Shown here: positions 61,730 through 64,000 of the stretch, in pieces
How the letters are laid out: every line of letters begins with the position of its first letter
Position numbering within the stretch: the first letter of the stretch is position 1
Source of the DNA: Phoronis australis
Lineage: Eukaryota > Animalia > Phoronida
Direction of reading: 5' to 3'
DNA length: 64,000 nucleotides
Assembly: GCA_002633005.1 (NCBI GenBank)
Contig: NMRA01000427.1
Coordinates: forward strand, 186,001-250,000
The notes under the pieces: model-generated
Databases searched by the model: none
What the model saw: the letters and a program-made list of their open reading frames with translations, nothing else
Told to the model about the DNA's origin: nothing
Program-made: the position numbers and the translations under genes

Positions 61730-63455
61730 TTTGTTCTTGTTTTTGTCCCCTTTCCCCCTAGCGTCGCTGACTTCCTCACCAAAACGCTCGAAACATTTTA
61801 CGCAAGTGAATTCGACCATATGATAGACGTTTGTTATCTCTTGACCGTGTTCCAAGTGCCATTTCAAAAGCCAACAGAATTTTCTCACCGAAGAAGCTTC
61901 CCACCAGAGATCGTCGTGATCGGCTCATGATTTTGTTTCTCTCAGCAAATTCCCGCAAAAAACATCTTTTGTCGTCTCCGCTGAAGTCTACGTTCTTGAA
62001 TACAGGTTGTAATTTTGAAAAGTACTATCAGGTGCCTCGGGACTTCGATGCTACATTCCACAACCCCGAGCAGAGTACCATCTAGAGCGAATATCTATAC
62101 TTGTTCGCTTGTCAAGCTGTAGAAAGGTTCCGTGGGTAAATCTCGTCTTCTGAGAAAAGACCGTAAGGTGTCGCCTTGCCTTTTCAAATACTCATGTTCA
62201 CACTCACAGATCTCTTTGTAATCGAAGCCTTGTTCGATGATATAGTCTCTAATCTTTCTGGTGTTCTCCATAATCTCACTCATGGCGACGTGCCTGATTT
62301 CGTTCTTCGCCCTCGAAGTTCCCTCGTCTTTTCTCGTGAGAAGGCAGTCGTGGCCGTGCCAGTAACATCCTTGGAATTGGAATACTTTGTGCGACTGACG
62401 ACAGAAACCGTCTATTGGAATACGACGCTGGCCCACTCTTTTTTCAACCGATTTGAACCGGTGACGAATACTGATTCAACGTTGCCACGGTACATGTCCG
62501 TAATCTAACAAAGCAGTTACCTTTCATGCCTTGGGGAGGCAAAACTCTCGTTGGAAATTGTTTTCTTTCCTACGACGCATAGATGATCCGGTTGGTTGCT
62601 CGTTAATGATACAGCGAAGGTACATCAAAACCCAGAATCTTTGACACCATCTTTGGACTTTTTCCCACGTTCTCGTTTTTTTCTCCACTTTCCCTTTGGC
62701 GTATAAACGTCTTACCCTTTTCGTGGTGCCTGTGGAAAACAATCGTACACCTTCAAAACTTTGCATAGCTACAACCTGGGCCTAAGTAATTCACAAAGTC
62801 GAGAAATTTAAGTTGATCTGTTGTAAAGCACATGAAGGTATTGTTGTGCTTGATCACGAAACACAATGATCTTGCATTGATAAAAGTGTTGGAAAAATTG
62901 CTTCTTCATGGTATTCAGGTCGTAATTTCCAGAATTGAAACCAATCGTCGGCGGCATCTGTTTGAGGTAACGATCAAACTCGGCGGCCAGGTCTTGCAGG
63001 ATGTGATGAGGAAGTTTGTCTTCTGTTTTAGCGTCTTCATCAACGTCATCCACTCCTCAGCGTCCTCTGCTACATCCCTACAAACCATGTCTGGAATATG
63101 TTCAAAAACCCACGCAAACCTCTCTTTGAGTAGGCGCTATGTCTCGTCACTAATAACGACAAGATATCGAATCTTTTTTCTCGCTACTTCTTTGGGGTCA
63201 CTGCTAGATGCAAAACACTACGGATATTCAAACCCGTGGACGTTACTGGCCACAGAAACGCTCATGATTTCGTATTCTCTCTACCAGGTTAGTTTAGGAC
63301 CTCCGGCTTTTTTCCGTTACTTTCGTGAACATCACTATATCACACTCCGCCCTGTAGGGGTAGTGCCAATCGCTTTCGGGAACGACGTATCCCTCTTCTT
63401 TCGGTTTCTCGAAAACTGTGAGTGGTGCTTACGCCTTAACCAAGAAAAATATGTC
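61730..63455 (-). mobile_element. Polinton/Maverick protein-primed DNA polymerase B fragment, decayed
   Basis: Broken frames read TVFEK..YPYR, SVSVASNVHGFEYP*CF..DP, TIGFNSGNYDLN, IDGFC..VFQFQGCYWHGHDC, GVVECSIEVP, RRSLVGSFFGEKILL, LLKWHLEHG, CFERFGEEVSDAR. Confidence 0.85.
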
Positions 63456-64000
63456 TCACGCTGTTATCGCTGTTTGTGTCTAAATATTGTTTTGTTATTA
63501 TTAATATATTTTAGTTTTCGTATTTTTGATTTTATTAGCCAATGGCAGTCACCATTTTGTATTGACATCAATCCCGCAGCAAATACATACTGTACTTCCG
63601 GTTTCATGTAAACAACGTGGTTTTATCGTCATTCATTTGGTAGCCTTAAAACATGGTGTCAGGAATGGGATGCTTCGAAATACTAAATGAAAAACACTGA
63701 AAACGAAATATAAAGCCGCAGAAAACAGTTAGGACTGTAGTCTGAAGGTGGATGGTCGAATGAAAAGGTAGATTTTTGTGGATGAAATCATCGCTTGTTT
63801 GTGACCACATTGTCTACATAAACAGGTATCATATCGTCAATTGAGCATTCCCTGCATGTCAGTCGGCACAAAAGTGATAACTGGAAAGGTAGGATCGACT
63901 CCCGTTTCCTTGTCAACTCTTAAAGTCAAGTCATCACATCAGTCAAGTCGAATTTGTGTCATCACTGTCCGTATCACTGATCGTCAAATCTATAGACTTG

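Noticed and set aside
62832-63611. 259-aa plus-strand ORF
   Set aside because: Antisense to the Polinton pPolB fragment; no recognisable motifs.
1-64000. CRISPR array, operons or prokaryotic defence systems
   Set aside because: No regularly spaced direct repeats or dense ORFs; spliceosomal introns and metazoan TEs show this is eukaryotic DNA.

Overview
AT-rich, TE-dense metazoan (probably marine invertebrate) genomic DNA with two assembly gaps (17415-18240, 23328-23373); nothing here is prokaryotic and there is no CRISPR array. The main content is a tandem duplication (about 1.75-13.6 kb versus about 29.0-51.2 kb), each copy carrying an intact 9-exon minus-strand gene that the ORF track does not reveal as a whole. 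I assembled both by hand from GT-AG junctions. They encode zona pellucida (ZP)-module proteins of 380 and 379 aa: signal peptide, ZP-N, Cys-poor ZP-C, RKRR furin site, TM helix and short tail, with a TATA box exactly 31 nt upstream of a TCAKTY initiator in both. The secreted ZP part is only about 67% identical between the copies, and the ZP-N exon is more diverged at the nucleotide level than the adjacent intron, while the post-furin part is about 92% identical. This pattern suggests diversifying selection of the kind seen in egg-coat recognition proteins. The rest is transposon debris: Penelope-like elements with hammerhead ribozyme motifs (including a 430-bp palindromic pLTR pair), CR1/L2-like, Ingi/I-like and L1/Tx1-like LINE fragments, an ISL2EU/Harbinger transposase, a Polinton pPolB fragment, MITEs and microsatellites. 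All identities and counts are manual and should be recomputed.
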